Assembly (NCBI RefSeq): GCF_006345805.1
Contig: NC_043016.1
Span: 20,894,001-20,958,000, forward strand
Direction of reading: 5' to 3'
DNA: 64,000 nt
Source of the DNA: Octopus sinensis
Lineage: Eukaryota
The translations under genes were made by a program, and so were the position numbers. Below the pieces are notes generated by a model. That model saw only the letters and a program-made list of their open reading frames with translations, did not search any database and had not been told where the DNA came from. The stretch's first letter is position 1. Each line of letters starts with the position of its first letter. Below are positions 50,777 to 63,655 of this stretch, one piece after another.

Positions 50777-50867
50777 CTTCAAGTTCTACTCGGCTCTCAG
50801 CTTCAATCTCCAGCCGGTGTTTCAACTGATCACGTTCTTCATCGGATTGTTTTAACATTGCATTCAT
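50777..50867 (-). CDS. TANGO1: TANGO1 exon (CC2): MNAMLKQSDEERDQLKHRLEIEAESRVELE(D)
   Basis: ctcttgctctggcag|ATG...GAA G|gtgagt; 91 nt, phase 0-1. Confidence 0.9.
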
Positions 50868-52070
50868 CTGCCAGAGCAAGAGAAAGAAACAGAGATAGAG
50901 GCAAGTAGGCATGTGTATACACCCATCATCATATTTTTTAGAAAGTATATATACATGTATTTATATACATATGCAATTATCATACATTGGCAGTGTCATT
51001 CTATCAATAAAAATCACATGTACTGATTGTAGTACACTTCCTTTTTTATTATTAATTAATTATTCCAGCATACTCTATATGAATGGAACAATGCAATGCC
51101 AATTGTGCATTACAGTGAAATATCACGTGACCAAACAAACTGATACTTTAAAGAGAAGGGAAATGATGTCAAAGTGTCATCAAGTAAGAAAATTCTACTT
51201 GGTCAACTATAATTGGAGGCAGATCTGATTAATCTACTGGATTTTAAGAAATAAGACCAAGTGGACGTCTACAGTATGCTGCCTTGTGGCAGATTATAAT
51301 AAATTCCATTTGCATTTCTCAAGTGTCGTCTAATGAATGCATTGCTGATGCAAAACTCAAAGTAGTTAAAAGTAGTAAATTTTAAAAATAATAATTACAC
51401 ATGAGTGTGTATTTGTGTGTGCGCGTGTGTGCGAAATTTACTGAAATGTCTAAAGGCTACAAATTATGTGTGAAACAAGTACTTGTGGGGAGAGAAGTTT
51501 TAGTTTATAACAATAACATTTATTATACTTAATTTGGCAAAGAGAAATTGCAAAAGCTATCATATAATCAGTAATGCAGTCCTATAGCAAACAACAGACA
51601 TGTTGTGGAAGTTCATACTCAGAAGTCTCCATAAAGTAGTTGATAACTTCTACTACATAAGTGGTCAAATTAAGCAAGACAAGGGATTTCTGAAAGTACA
51701 GCAACTAGACAAAGAAGGCAGTGGAAAAAGTTCAGGGAGCAATTAGTTTTGTTGGCAACAAAGATATTTCTTCCTCCAACTGAAGGGCAGTGTCTCACTA
51801 CTTACTGCAATCCTTTGTCATCTACTTGGTGAGATTTGGTATCTTAAAATCAACTTTCTTGGCTTCGTATGTCTTCCTCTTCCAAAGGTGCCTTCCACTG
51901 CATGACACTTCTTTCCCCAATTGTCATGCTCCATATGTATTACACAACCAAACCAGCTCAGCTTTCACACACTGCCTCAATTTATGTTCATCCAGTAGTC
52001 ACATTTATGAATACTGAATGCAAAAGATGTATGTGAGCTGCAAAACAAAATGAGCTGAACACGCTCTTCT

Positions 52071-52222
52071 CATCATCATTGTTCGACCGTGGTCGAGACA
52101 ATGGAATTTACTATGTTACGCCAGGCTTCACGGTCCATCATAGCATTACGGAGGTCCTGTTGCTGGATGCCTGTATCCCTGGAGATTACATCTCCTACCC
52201 TGATGATGTAATCTCCAGGGAT
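52071..52222 (-). mobile_element. Young 152-bp 5'-truncated RTE insertion with a 5' fold-back and 8-bp TSD GCTCTTCT
   Basis: TSD at 52063-52070 and 52223-52230; minus strand encodes GIQQQDLRNAMMDREAWRNIVNSIVSTTVEQ* plus a (GAT)n tail. Confidence 0.85.
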
Positions 52223-52720
52223 GCTCTTCTAGATGTATAATCTTAATGTATATGAATAAAAAGTAAAAATGTATAGAGCGAAAAACTGGATGAACAGGAA
52301 GCGATGTAGTGTTGGAAAGCTGAACTGCTTTGATTGTGTAATACATATGGAGCATGACAATTGGAGAAAGGTACCTTTGGAAGAGGAAGTTAAGAAACCA
52401 AGAAAGCTGATTTTAAGACACCAAATCTCACCAAGTAGATGATAAAGTACTGCAGTAAGTGGCGAGACATTGTGCTGAAGAAGATTCATCCAATTATGCA
52501 AGTCTGATGAAAAAAAAAAAAGCCAATACAAAATGATGATGATGATGATGATGATGATGACATACAATAATAGAAACCTAACTATCTTAAGGAACTACAC
52601 ATTGCAAAATGTACTCCTAGCTAGCTACTCGTAAAATGACAGGATGGCCAGAGTAGTAATGTGTTTACTGGATCAATGTTGAACTGGAATGGGTTAAATA
52701 ACAATAACTGAATAACTCAC

Positions 52721-52773
52721 CTCAGAAACATCCAACATTTGTTGTATCTTTTGTTGCACAAGATTGTGATCAC
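52721..52773 (-). CDS. TANGO1: TANGO1 exon: (G)DHNLVQQKIQQMLDVSE
   Basis: taatttcag|GT GAT...GAG|gtgagt; 53 nt, phase 1-0; resembles the TANGO1 KMKNQIKQMMDVSR segment (recalled). Confidence 0.92.
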
Positions 52774-52815
52774 CTGAAATTATACAAAATAAGGACAATG
52801 AAGAGAAGGAAGAGA

Positions 52816-53060
52816 ATGATGATGATGATGATGTGTGTGGTGGTGGTGGAGGAGGAGGAGGAAGGAGGAGGAGGAGGAGGAGGAGGAGAGGAGGAGGAGG
52901 AGGAGGAGGAGGAGGAAGGTAAAGAAGAAGAAGAAGAATAAAGAAGAAGAAGAAGAAGAAGAAGAAGAAGAAGAATAAGAAAAGAAGAAGAAGAGAGGAG
53001 AGAGGCGACGACGACAATGACAACGATGATGAACAGCAGCAGCAAAAGCAATGAAAACAA
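52816..53060. repeat. Compound trinucleotide tract (GAT)(GGT)(GGA)(GAA)(GAC)(CAG)
   Basis: Direct reading. Confidence 0.97.
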
Positions 53061-53069
53061 CAAAACAAT

Positions 53070-54050
53070 TAGAGTTTGAATGTTCAAATTTATGGTTAGG
53101 TTAAAGGCTAAAGTTAAGTTTTTTAAGGTTCCAGGGATTAAAATCATGTACGTTAATGTCTGGGATGAATGTAGGAATTCCAGATAAAGAATATGATTGA
53201 AGTAAGCATTTAGGTAAAGATTAAGATTAGTGATTATAGTTTGGGAAGATTACGGCGGGATTATGATTAGAAACATAGGCATGAATGAGAGTAGAAGCTG
53301 AAATGACTGTGGGAGTTAAGATCTTTGGTTAACATGTTAGGAAAAATTATACTTAGCATTTAGATTAGTGATTAACCTTGTGATTAAGTTAGAGATTAGA
53401 GTTAAGGATTAAAGTTAAGGTGCACAGTAGTATCATGAACTAAGATTATAATTAAAGCTATGCGTTAAATTTCAGTAAAGTCTTCAAGTTGGGATTAGTT
53501 TGTATAAGTAGGGAGATTTTAGAATGGTATGCCTGTTTTACAAATTAATTTACTGACTTTTCATAGACTTTGGTTTTATCTATCAAGGCTAAGAATTATA
53601 TTTGCATAAGAGACTAAGATTAAGGTTTAGAGAAAGATTTAGAGAACAAAATAAGCTTAAGGATTAAGATTACAGATAGAGATTAAGATGAGTAACTTAG
53701 GTTAAGAGTAAAAGTAAGGATTAAGATTAAGATGGTAATAAGGATAAATTATTACAGTTAGAAGTGGAGGTTATGGTAAGAGGTTTAATGGTTAGTTAGG
53801 GAATAAGATTAGGAATAGAAATTAAGCGGAGGCTAAAAGTAGGGCAATGGAATAAGATTTACAGGTTATAGGTTAAGGATAACAATTAACAAGTTTGGAA
53901 TTGAAGTAAAAGTCCAGAGATAGTATTCTACAGATTAGTATTAAGCATTAGGTATATGTGTTTTGCATTTGGATTTGACAGTAACGTGTTGTATTATGAT
54001 ACAACACTATAAGTTAAAAGATTAAAGGATAGAATGATGTAGTTCATGTA
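53070..54050 (+). repeat. Degenerate TTAG(G)/TTAAG(G)-rich, strand-biased low-complexity tract
   Basis: Recurrent ggttag, gttaagg, gattaag, attagg words over ~1 kb with very few C. Confidence 0.7.
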
Positions 54051-54425
54051 AGAATGTCTGTTTTCTATGTTTGATGGTAGATTTTGTAATGCTACATCTA
54101 CCCAGCCCCGTACTTGACTCTGTTTCTGTTTCTGTGTGTGTGTGTATGCGTGTGTGTGCGCGTGTGTGTGAGTTTAACTGGTATCCTATTTATATGTCTT
54201 CTTATTGAAGAATTTACTCATTCAGCAATCTATTCATCTATCTGCATGTGACTGCGCTTGTGTATGTGTTTGAGTGTGTGCTTGAGTGTGTGTGTTTGAG
54301 TGTGTGTGTGTGTTTATGCACATGTATGTGTCTACCTCTCCATCCATTCTACTAACTACTTATCTACTACCTGCCCATATGAGTATAACACAGGAATCAA
54401 ATGGAATGTGAAGGGTGGTTTTTAC

Positions 54426-54495
54426 CTCTCGTCTCTTCACTGTTGCTACAGTCATCCTCGAGGCACTTCAGTTGCAGAAAACAGGACTTCATTTG
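54426..54495 (-). CDS. TANGO1: TANGO1 exon (CC1-CC2 linker): QMKSCFLQLKCLEDDCSNSEETR(G)
   Basis: ttattttgcag|CAA...AGA G|gtaaaa; 70 nt, phase 0-1. Confidence 0.88.
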
Positions 54496-55076
54496 CTGCA
54501 AAATAATTTTTAAAAAATGATAATATTAATCTGCTACTGCTACTGGTTTAAAATTTTGGCATATGGCTAAGTTGATTATATTGACCCCAATGCTTAAATA
54601 GTACATATTTTATCAAACCCTAAAGGATGAAATGCAAAATCGACCTCAGCAGAATTTGAACTCAGAATGAAATTTGAAAACGAAGGTAGATAAACAATTA
54701 GAAGAGCATGATGTGTAATATAACAAAAACTAGTATGTTTGTTTTTTACAGGTTCAAAATATGACAAAAATGATGAAAAACACATAGAACACTCACACTT
54801 ATGTGTAACTGATAACAAGATAAAAAGCAGTGGAGTCAGAATATTTTTTTGTGAATGTGTACTTTGAAGTGTTCAAAGTTACAGTAATTTGTAGCAAGAT
54901 GTTTGGCAATATAGGCGCAGAAGTGGCTGTGTGGTAAGTAGCTTGCTTACCACCACATCGTTCTGGGTTCAGTCTCACTGCATGGCACCTTGGGTAAGTG
55001 GCTTCTACAATAGCCTGGAAAGTGGATTTGGTAAATGGAAACTGAGAGAATCCCTATATATATATATATATAATAA

Positions 55077-55112
<36 letters not shown>

Positions 55113-56554
55113 CTGTGTGTGTGTGCGTGCGCGTGGTGTGAGTGTATGTTTGTTTGTCTGTGTTTTTCCCACCACCATCGCCTGAAAACTGATGCTGGTA
55201 TGTTTACATCCCCATACTTAGTGCGCAGCAAAAGACGCTGATAGAATAAGTACTAGGCTTACAAAAAAATAAGTCCTGGGGTTGATTTGTTTGACTAAAG
55301 GTGGTGCTCCAGAATGGCTGCACCAGAATGAAACAAATAAAAGAGTAGGTCCCACTGAAGTGCTGTTATTGTGCTTGATGTCATACTTTAAATCTTTTGT
55401 TTAATTTTTCTATTGTGTAACCAACATAAATTGTGTTTAGTGCATTCAACTACATACACCAATACACCAAATGGGAATCGTTACAGATACTACTGTCTGC
55501 ATAAATCTTAACATTTCTGTTATAATTTGTGGTGAAGCTAGCCTGATTTACACTGTTGCACAATGAACAGGGTTTACCTTGCAACTGTTTCTAGGGGAAA
55601 TTTCAATGTAGTTTTGATTACAATAAGATATACTGGTCGGTAGTTGTCTTGCATTTTGTTACATTTAATGACTACAGTATGTAGGTGAGACAATATTTCT
55701 CAACAATAAACCTTTTCCTGTTCCTCCCTTCATACTTTAATCTCTCAACATATCACATAAAGCCATTAATCTCTCTCTCTTTTATTCTCCCTCTCAATTG
55801 AAAGGATTCTGTAGTTTTGTGAGTTACAAAGCAACCTCACTAGTGCTGGTGCCATGAAAAAAGCACCCAGTTCACTCTATAAAGTGGTTGGAATTTGGAA
55901 AGACATCCTGCTATAGAAATCATGTTGACAATGAGATGAAGCAAGATATGATCTTCCGAGCTGTTGGATCCAGTTGAACTATCCAGCCCATGCTAGCATG
56001 GAAAGTGGATGTGAAATGATGATGATATAGCAACAAAGCTATATGTCAAGGGAGAAGTAACTCTGAATAAGAAATGATATAGATTTAAAGAGAGAAGGGG
56101 ACTCTTTAGTCAAAATGCAGAAAACATCTTTAATGATAGTGGTTTGATAAAATGCACTCAGATTGCATTGCAAGGCATGTATAACAAGGTTGTGAATATT
56201 TTTCTATTAAAGTATATACCAGGTGATGAAGGACTGCAGCAGGTGGAAAGATAAAAAAAAAACAAACTATGGTGTGTGGAAGATGTTGTGAGATACATTC
56301 ACTGTGGAAAAATTGATATGATAATAATAATGATGAAGTTTTTAAGTGGTCATTCAACTTGCTTGCAATATCAATTAAACCTCCCCAAATTACACCCTAC
56401 AATCATATAAAAGGAAAGAAATATTAGATATGGTGGTCCGAGATAAATAATGTCTGAATAAACAACAACAACATGGACATGTCCAAAGAGATTTTGATCT
56501 ACTGGATCAGTAATAACATGGTTAAACAACAACAAACACAGCCTGGAAACTTAC

Positions 56555-56645
56555 CTCAAGCTCATTTTCTTTGAATGCCAGCCTCTCCTGCATTTCTGAA
56601 TATTCAGCATTTGATTGTTCACAACTGTCAGATAGCTCACGATAT
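56555..56645 (-). CDS. TANGO1: TANGO1 exon (CC1): YRELSDSCEQSNAEYSEMQERLAFKENELE
   Basis: cttttcctttctag|A TAT...GAG|gtaagt; 91 nt, phase 2-0. Confidence 0.9.
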
Positions 56646-58102
56646 CTAGAAAGGAAAAGAGAAAGTTTCATTTTACATACAGATGTACATAATCATAAGT
56701 GTGTGTAGCTGTCTTTAATACCATACCAAAATACATCAAAATGTAAACAGATCTCATAAAATTCAAAAGTTCTCTGGACAAATTTCTTTAAAAAATTCCA
56801 GATCAACCACCTACACCTGAATGTCTCCAACAATAATTACTCTTTGTTAGAGTTGGCCATGGTGTCCCATATATGACTAAAAGACTTCATCAGGTGGTGC
56901 TATTAAGTTAGACATGGCCTGGGTCTATACTGGCTGAAACCTATCAAAGTTATTAATACTGTTCAGTTTTGATGCAGTTCTGTTATACATTTACACTTAC
57001 CCTACAAATCTGTATTGCCCTAAAATATGACAGATTTAGAATATAGAAAACAATAATACAAAATCCAAAACATAGACTCAAGTACTAACAATTTTTTGTG
57101 AAAGCTGTCAAATTGATGATGATATAATTAATAAACATAACATAAGACAGTAATCCTGTACACCTAGTTAACAAAATAATGAATGAAATCAACACTAGCA
57201 ATATTTACCCTAAAAATAATAACAAATAACATAATACATCAGCATTCAACCTCTTTACAGTCAATTCATATATAGAGTATTATTGGAAAATCTAATAAAG
57301 AATGTAAAATAAGAAGAGAACTGGAAGATAACACAAATAGTGTCAATAACATTCTTAACAGAAACAATGAATAACCATAAAACTTCAAACTCATATGAAC
57401 ATAAGTCAATTTTATGAAATAATATCTAAAAATGTAACTGTAGTACAACTTCCTCTTGTCCTTTTACAATATACTGCTCAGTATGCAATATTAACTACTG
57501 GTGTAGTTTCATTACAACAAAGGATACCTGTTATTACATAGGAACTACTTCCAATTCCTTTAAATGTCATTACATCTTACATTCACTTAGCCATAGAAAT
57601 AAAAACAAAATTATGTAATTCAACTAGACTAGCCAAGTACAAAGAAGAAACTACATGGGGCATCTTAGTGAGAACTCCTTTTCACATTGATAATGCAATT
57701 TATGTTGTACTGAAGTGCTACATATTTTATTAGGTACAAAATTTTAAAACTGTTTGAAGTCTGTTAAACCAATTGGACACCATAAAATAGTAAATGATAG
57801 TTGAGTACATATGAATATAGAAACTTTTCCAATGACTGTGATATAAAATTACTTTATCCTCAGTAAAAAGAAAGAAAATGATTTCATTTACTTATAAATT
57901 TCTTTGTGTTTCATATGGATACAGTCACCCTATTAACAAAACCAATATATGATTAAGAATTCTAAATACATAACTTAATGAACTAATCCTTTGATTTTAT
58001 TAAAACGGAATTGATAATTGTGTCAGAACCTGAGTGCATTGTATCTTATAATAAAACCAGATGTAAACTAATGAGGTTTATGACATAATTGTTTATTCCT
58101 CT

Positions 58103-58167
<65 letters not shown>

Positions 58168-58252
58168 TATAGCAGTATGCAAGTTTGTGTATCTATGTAT
58201 GAGCAAGAGTATGTAATGTAATATGAGGGAGATGACCAATAAGATAACTTAC

Positions 58253-58284
58253 TTCTCATCCCAGCCTTCAACCTCTTGTATAAG
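58253..58284 (-). CDS. TANGO1: TANGO1 exon (CC1): LIQEVEGWDE(K)
   Basis: ctttcttttcag|CTT...AA|gtaagt; 32 nt, phase 0-2. Confidence 0.9.
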
Positions 58285-58708
58285 CTGAAAAGAAAGAAAG
58301 AATAGGTAGTTGATTAAGAAGACATTTAGTTACAGAATATAATATACTGCATATTAAAGCTCTGCTGAGGCTATGTTACAATGTTACTCATATCTGAGTG
58401 CACAACTCCTTATAGTGAAACATCCAATGAATACAATTCTATAACTCATGTGTTTTCATTTATTTATTGATTGATGTTATATTCTGTTCTTATTTCATAT
58501 AGCATTCCAGAGATGAAAACATCAGTAATTTCACACTATCTTACTTCAGGAGCCTAGAAATACCATGCATTATAAGTATATTCAGTTCTAACAACTGGTT
58601 ATTGGTCCTGCTATGGCTCAGCAGGATTATAAAATACACACACATACACGTGTATGTACGTATGTAGGTGTGTTTATATATATATATATATTATATATAT
58701 ATATATAT

Positions 58709-58743
<35 letters not shown>

Positions 58744-58799
58744 TTGTACATATAAGACCACTCGATGTAGTTATATGTGCTACAAATCGTCCTCCAGAT

Positions 58800-59330
58800 A
58801 CTCCGAATCATGTAGGCAAGTTTGATGACTGCTTACAAAAATAGAAGTTATAGTTACATTAGAACAACACTTAAGTGTACTCCTTATGGGAGGGGAGACT
58901 TCAATCTACCAAATGTCAAATGGCCTGAGGGCCTTCCTCTCCCAGGAATGGCACGATGTGAACAAGGACAGGTGAAGTCCCTCCTGAACCTCATCAACAC
59001 TTTGTACATGGAACAAATAGTACTCCAACCAACCAGGGCAGGTAACATACTGGATATCTGCTCCACAAATAATATGGATCTTATCCATAATGTGAAAGTG
59101 ACACCAACGCTACTCTCGGATCACAACATGGTAGAGCTGACCATGTACGGACCAAAAGAAACCATGGACATGCAGCCTACAAGAAACTCTCAGAATCTTT
59201 CCAGCTTGAACTTCCATAAGGCAAACTGGAAACAAATTGAGAAAGAAATCCTCAAACAAAACTGGCCTAAATGTCTCTCCTCACTGGACATTACCAAACA
59301 CTGAAAAAAAAAATGGTGTAAAAATTCTAC
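58800..59330 (+). mobile_element. CR1/L2-like LINE APE endonuclease fragment
   Basis: ORF 58822-59304: GDFNLPNVKW...QPTRAGNILDI...LSDHNMV. Confidence 0.9.
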
Positions 59331-59396
59331 AAGACAAAAGGAGAAAAATCATGTACACACAGAATATTTACAGTAATGGAAATAGAAGTCTCTTAC

Positions 59397-59501
59397 TTGT
59401 TCTTTACGGTCCTCCAAGTGCTGGATTTGATCTGACATTGTTTGTACTTGTGACTGTAGTGTAGTGATCTCTTCAGTTTTTGTGTTTACTTCATAAGAGT
59501 T
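59397..59501 (-). CDS. TANGO1: TANGO1 exon (CC1): NSYEVNTKTEEITTLQSQVQTMSDQIQHLEDRKEQ
   Basis: catgcag|AAC...CAA|gtaaga; 105 nt, phase 0-0; joins the next exon to give KEQLIQEVEGW, resembling vertebrate TANGO1 KEQLQQEIEDW (recalled). Confidence 0.88.
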
Positions 59502-60719
59502 CTGCATGTAGATAGAATAGATGGATTAAACATATGGAAAAGTGGTGTGTTGCAAGTTGGAGGTTGTTAGTAGTGCTGGTGTGCTGAATAAAAAGATCTG
59601 TTCTTAGTGGGAAAATATCAGTATTGGGATGGGCTGACAGTAGCAATATGTTCATAACTGTATACAGAAAGTAAATGCAGATTATGAATGGAGACCTGTT
59701 AACATTGGATAATTACAGAGAATGGAGGTCTTCTTCAGATTGTCTATAAAATTTATAGTGTTTATAAAAAGTAAACAGTGTGTATATAGAGGCCACACTG
59801 AATATAAAAGATCTCAGAGTGAATATAAAGGTGAAAGTGTATAGGATAATAGGCAGTTTTGTTCTTTATTGTTTTACTCAGTGATCTACTTTCAACAGTA
59901 TTTTGCCAATAATACTGAACTCAATAGTCATTTCAATCTCATATTTTATCAATCTCTATTTATTGAATGGCTAAGTTGCATTTCAGTATAAAAGGTTTCA
60001 GCTCAACACATTAATGTATACACACACACACACAAATGTTTTTAATGTTTTAATATTATTATCGTTTTAAACGAAAAACAATGCAATTTTTAAAAATAAT
60101 ATAACTTGATGTATATGTATCCATACATGTGTGTGTGTATGTATATATATACACACACACACATGAATACATAGCAAAACCTATATATAAATATATATAT
60201 ATATCTTCATTTCCAGTGTTATGTTTTAGATTATATGATTTAGTAAACCAATGCCTTGCAGCCCTAGATGTCACTATGTGAAAAAAATGACACCTAGGCA
60301 CATCCTAATATACACAATAACATAAAATAAAGAAGTGATAGTAGCCATTATGATGATAATGATTCATGTGTGCGTAAATACTTTATGAGAAGTCTGTACC
60401 TTATTTCCCCTTGTTATGCCCACCTTATTGTACTATGCTGTATTTCACTTGTATTTTTGTTTTTGCTCTTAATCTTATTCTTACTCTACTCTATTTAAAA
60501 GGATAAGCACACCTTATCTATTCTTAATGGAATTTTGTGTTAGTCCCCCCACCCCAACTACTTAGACCCTCTGAAGAAGTCTAGGGGCACATCCATTATC
60601 CAAGCCTTGTCTGTTCATCCTTGCATAATATTTAGGTGATGGAGATAACCTGGAAGATTTTGTTGTCTCTTGGCAGAAATGGCAGTAAGGAACTAGTACG
60701 TGCACACCCATTTGCTCAT

Positions 60720-60920
60720 TTGTTTCTATATATTTGAGGTCTTACTATAGCTACATAAAGCCGCAGACAGATAGTCGGAGAGAGGCTCACAAAGGACTTG
60801 GTGAGTGATGCCAAGACGCCCTCAGCCTTCTTGGCAATTTTAGCGATGTGTTTTGTCCAACGCAAATCACTGTCGACAGTAACACCCAGGTCACGTTCAC
60901 AAGAAGACTTTTTGAGTACT
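60720..60920 (-). mobile_element. CR1-like LINE RT C-terminal fragment
   Basis: SSCERDLGVTVDSDLRWTKHIAKIAKKAEGVLASLTKSFVSLSPTICLRLYVAIVRP. Confidence 0.88.
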
Positions 60921-61348
60921 CATACATGTATGGGTATTCATCCAATACAATTGAATAAATAGACATACTTGAATGTTTACTGGCTGATGTGTCGATTTTA
61001 TATCCTCTCTATTTTCTTATTTGCTATGATGATGATGATGATGATGATATATATATATAAATATAAATGGCAGCTATAATAAGACACTTTGCCCATGACA
61101 CAACGCAGAGTGATGAATCTAGAAACAAGGTATTTGCAAAGCCATTCTTAACTGTTACAGTATACCTCTGTATATAAGGATACACTGTATATATAAAGCA
61201 GAAATTGTATACACAAGACACTATGATTATAAAGAATACATTAGTCATACAAAAAAAAAACAGTGTATGTATATATTAACACACATACATACACACATGT
61301 GTACGAACCAATTTAATTACAAGTAAACAAAAAATAAGTAACAGTCAC

Positions 61349-61399
61349 CTTTTCTTGCTTTTCACTAACTTCCTTCAGTTCGTCACTTAAAGACTGGAT
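61349..61399 (-). CDS. TANGO1: TANGO1 exon (CC1): IQSLSDELKEVSEKQEK
   Basis: ttatttttag|ATC...AAG|gtgact; 51 nt, phase 0-0. Confidence 0.85.
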
Positions 61400-61423
61400 C
61401 TAAAAAATAAAAAAGTGATAGAC

Positions 61424-61468
<45 letters not shown>

Positions 61469-61959
61469 AATTCTATACAAGCATGTAAAAGTGGATGATG
61501 AAATGATGTCTATCTTTTATATTTTACTTGTTTCAGTCATTAGACTGTGGCCATGCTGGGGTACCACCTTCAAGAATTTTAGCCCAACTTATTGACCCCA
61601 GTACTTATTACTTTGTGTAACCTGGTACTTATTCTATTGGTCTCTTTTGCCAAACTGCTAAGTCACATGAACATAAATATACCAACACCAGTTGTCAAGC
61701 AGTGGTGGGGGACAAACACAGACACACACATATGACAGGCTTCTTCCAGTTTCTAACTACTAAATTCACATGCAAAGCTTTGGTCGATTCAAGGGCAGAG
61801 TAGAAGATTCAAGGTGCAACGCAATAGAACTGAACTTGGAACCATGTAGTTGGGAAGCAAACTTCTTACCATAGCCATGCCTGCGCCTATATTATTTATG
61901 TATATATTCTAAGTTTGATTAGATAAAAATCTCAGCTTTTTCCTTCTGTAGCATTCAAT

Positions 61960-63250
61960 TCAAACCCTTGGTTGTTTACTCAATGTGTAGACTGGTATTT
62001 GAAGTAGTCCACTGGTGCAAAAACTCAAGGTAATCTGAAGTCCTTCCTGATCTCCCTCTTCCACAGGTTCCACACTTAGTGCTCAGTACTTTCTTTTGTA
62101 GCTATCATCCTCTTTATGATTCACATACCCATACTAGTGCAGTCTTCTCCCCTGCACACTACATCAGATTCTTCTAATATCTTTTTTTTCTCAGCTTGTT
62201 TGTTCTCTATTGTTCATACAAATTCAGTGAAGCATGGTAACTTCATTTTATTCTGACCTTTGCAAATCATTTACCTTGTCACCATGCAGCATTACACTTC
62301 AAACACAGCGTCATACAATCTATCTTTCACATTAAGAGAAAAGTCCTTTGTTGCTACAAGAGATAATAGTTCCCTGAACTTTCCCCAACACATTCCTGCA
62401 CTTGCTAATTAGCTAAACCAGGTAACAAAAGCTATCATCTGCATATTTGAAAAAATCTATGACCATTTGCACCAGCTGCATATGAAGTCTAACTTCTCTA
62501 TTAGCTTGTCTTTAAATCTATTACATCTCTTATACATTCATTGTTTACAGAGTATGCCATATAGGAGCTTTCTAACATTCCTTTTCTACAAACCAAGAAA
62601 AGCCATTTTCTGAATTGTAGTAGGGACCTACCTTCTCTCCTGATGAAAATATGTCTATTAAGCTTACTTTGAGTCATCTCAATTCTAAGCTTTGATTCCA
62701 TTTCTAGAATTCTTTCTCCAAAATTTCTGTCCGAAATATACTATAAACAGTCAGTTTTAAACTTCACTGGTAACGCTTGGAAGATTATAATAAACAGAAG
62801 AGAGCGGAATAAACCAAGTGGAATATTGAGTACTGATGGACACCTACCTGCTAAATTTGTCATTGCACTCATTCACCATGCTGATCTCCACATGCACAAC
62901 CCTCACAAGCTATTTGTCTATGACTAGATTCTTTAGGAACCACAATATTTCAAAGCAAAGGCTCTCTCTTAAGCTTTCACAAGAATGATATGTATATGGG
63001 TTGATTTTTAGCTAACGTCTGTCAAGGAAAACGCCATCAATAGTACAGCTTCCTTGCACAAAGGCAAGGAGTATTTCATCAAGGTTACTCCTGTTCCTAA
63101 TTGCTTTTACAATAACTCTTTCTGTAACTTTGATAGCATGCACCAACAGTTTGAAGCCTCAGCAGCTGTCTCTCTTTAGTGCATCTGTAGTGCATCCTTG
63201 TAGCATAAATGATGTCAGATCTTGGTTATATCCTCCTGTATTACCTCAAT
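61960..63250 (-). mobile_element. Heavily decayed RTE LINE fragment
   Basis: Remnants similar to the 31900-33660 copy. Confidence 0.55.
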
Positions 63251-63414
63251 GACTGTCCTATTGCAGCAGTTGATTCCTCCTCTTACTCATTCTATCTACC
63301 CCATAATAATGTAAATGATACACACACACAAACACGTGTGTGTGTGTGTGTGTGTGCACAAGCACACGAATGTGTGTGTTGAAGAGTGCAAAACAAATGT
63401 TGCTAATTATTTAC

Positions 63415-63525
63415 CTCATCATCTTTCTGTTCAATCATGGAACTGTGATCCAGCAATTTATCTTGGAGACATGATACTTGAAATGCTAAAGTTTCCATCT
63501 CTTTCCTCAACTTTCGATTTTCAAG
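63415..63525 (-). CDS. TANGO1: TANGO1/cTAGE5-family exon (first in window; CC1): LENRKLRKEMETLAFQVSCLQDKLLDHSSMIEQKDDE
   Basis: ttgttacag|CTT...GAG|gtaaat; 111 nt, phase 0-0; coiled-coil composition; chains in frame to the downstream exons. Confidence 0.85.
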
Positions 63526-63612
63526 CTGTAACAAGAAATTGATATATTTTTTTAATGAATATATATATACCCTTACATAAAAGGAAGAATTTGGTGTTTT
63601 ATAAGAGAGATT

Positions 63613-63655
<43 letters not shown>

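Noticed and set aside
52694-53147. Long poly-S/P/L/F ORFs
   Set aside because: Trinucleotide repeat translation; only 52721-52773 is exon.
58822-59304. 160-aa ORF as a nested host gene
   Set aside because: Clear LINE APE endonuclease motifs; truncated TE remnant.
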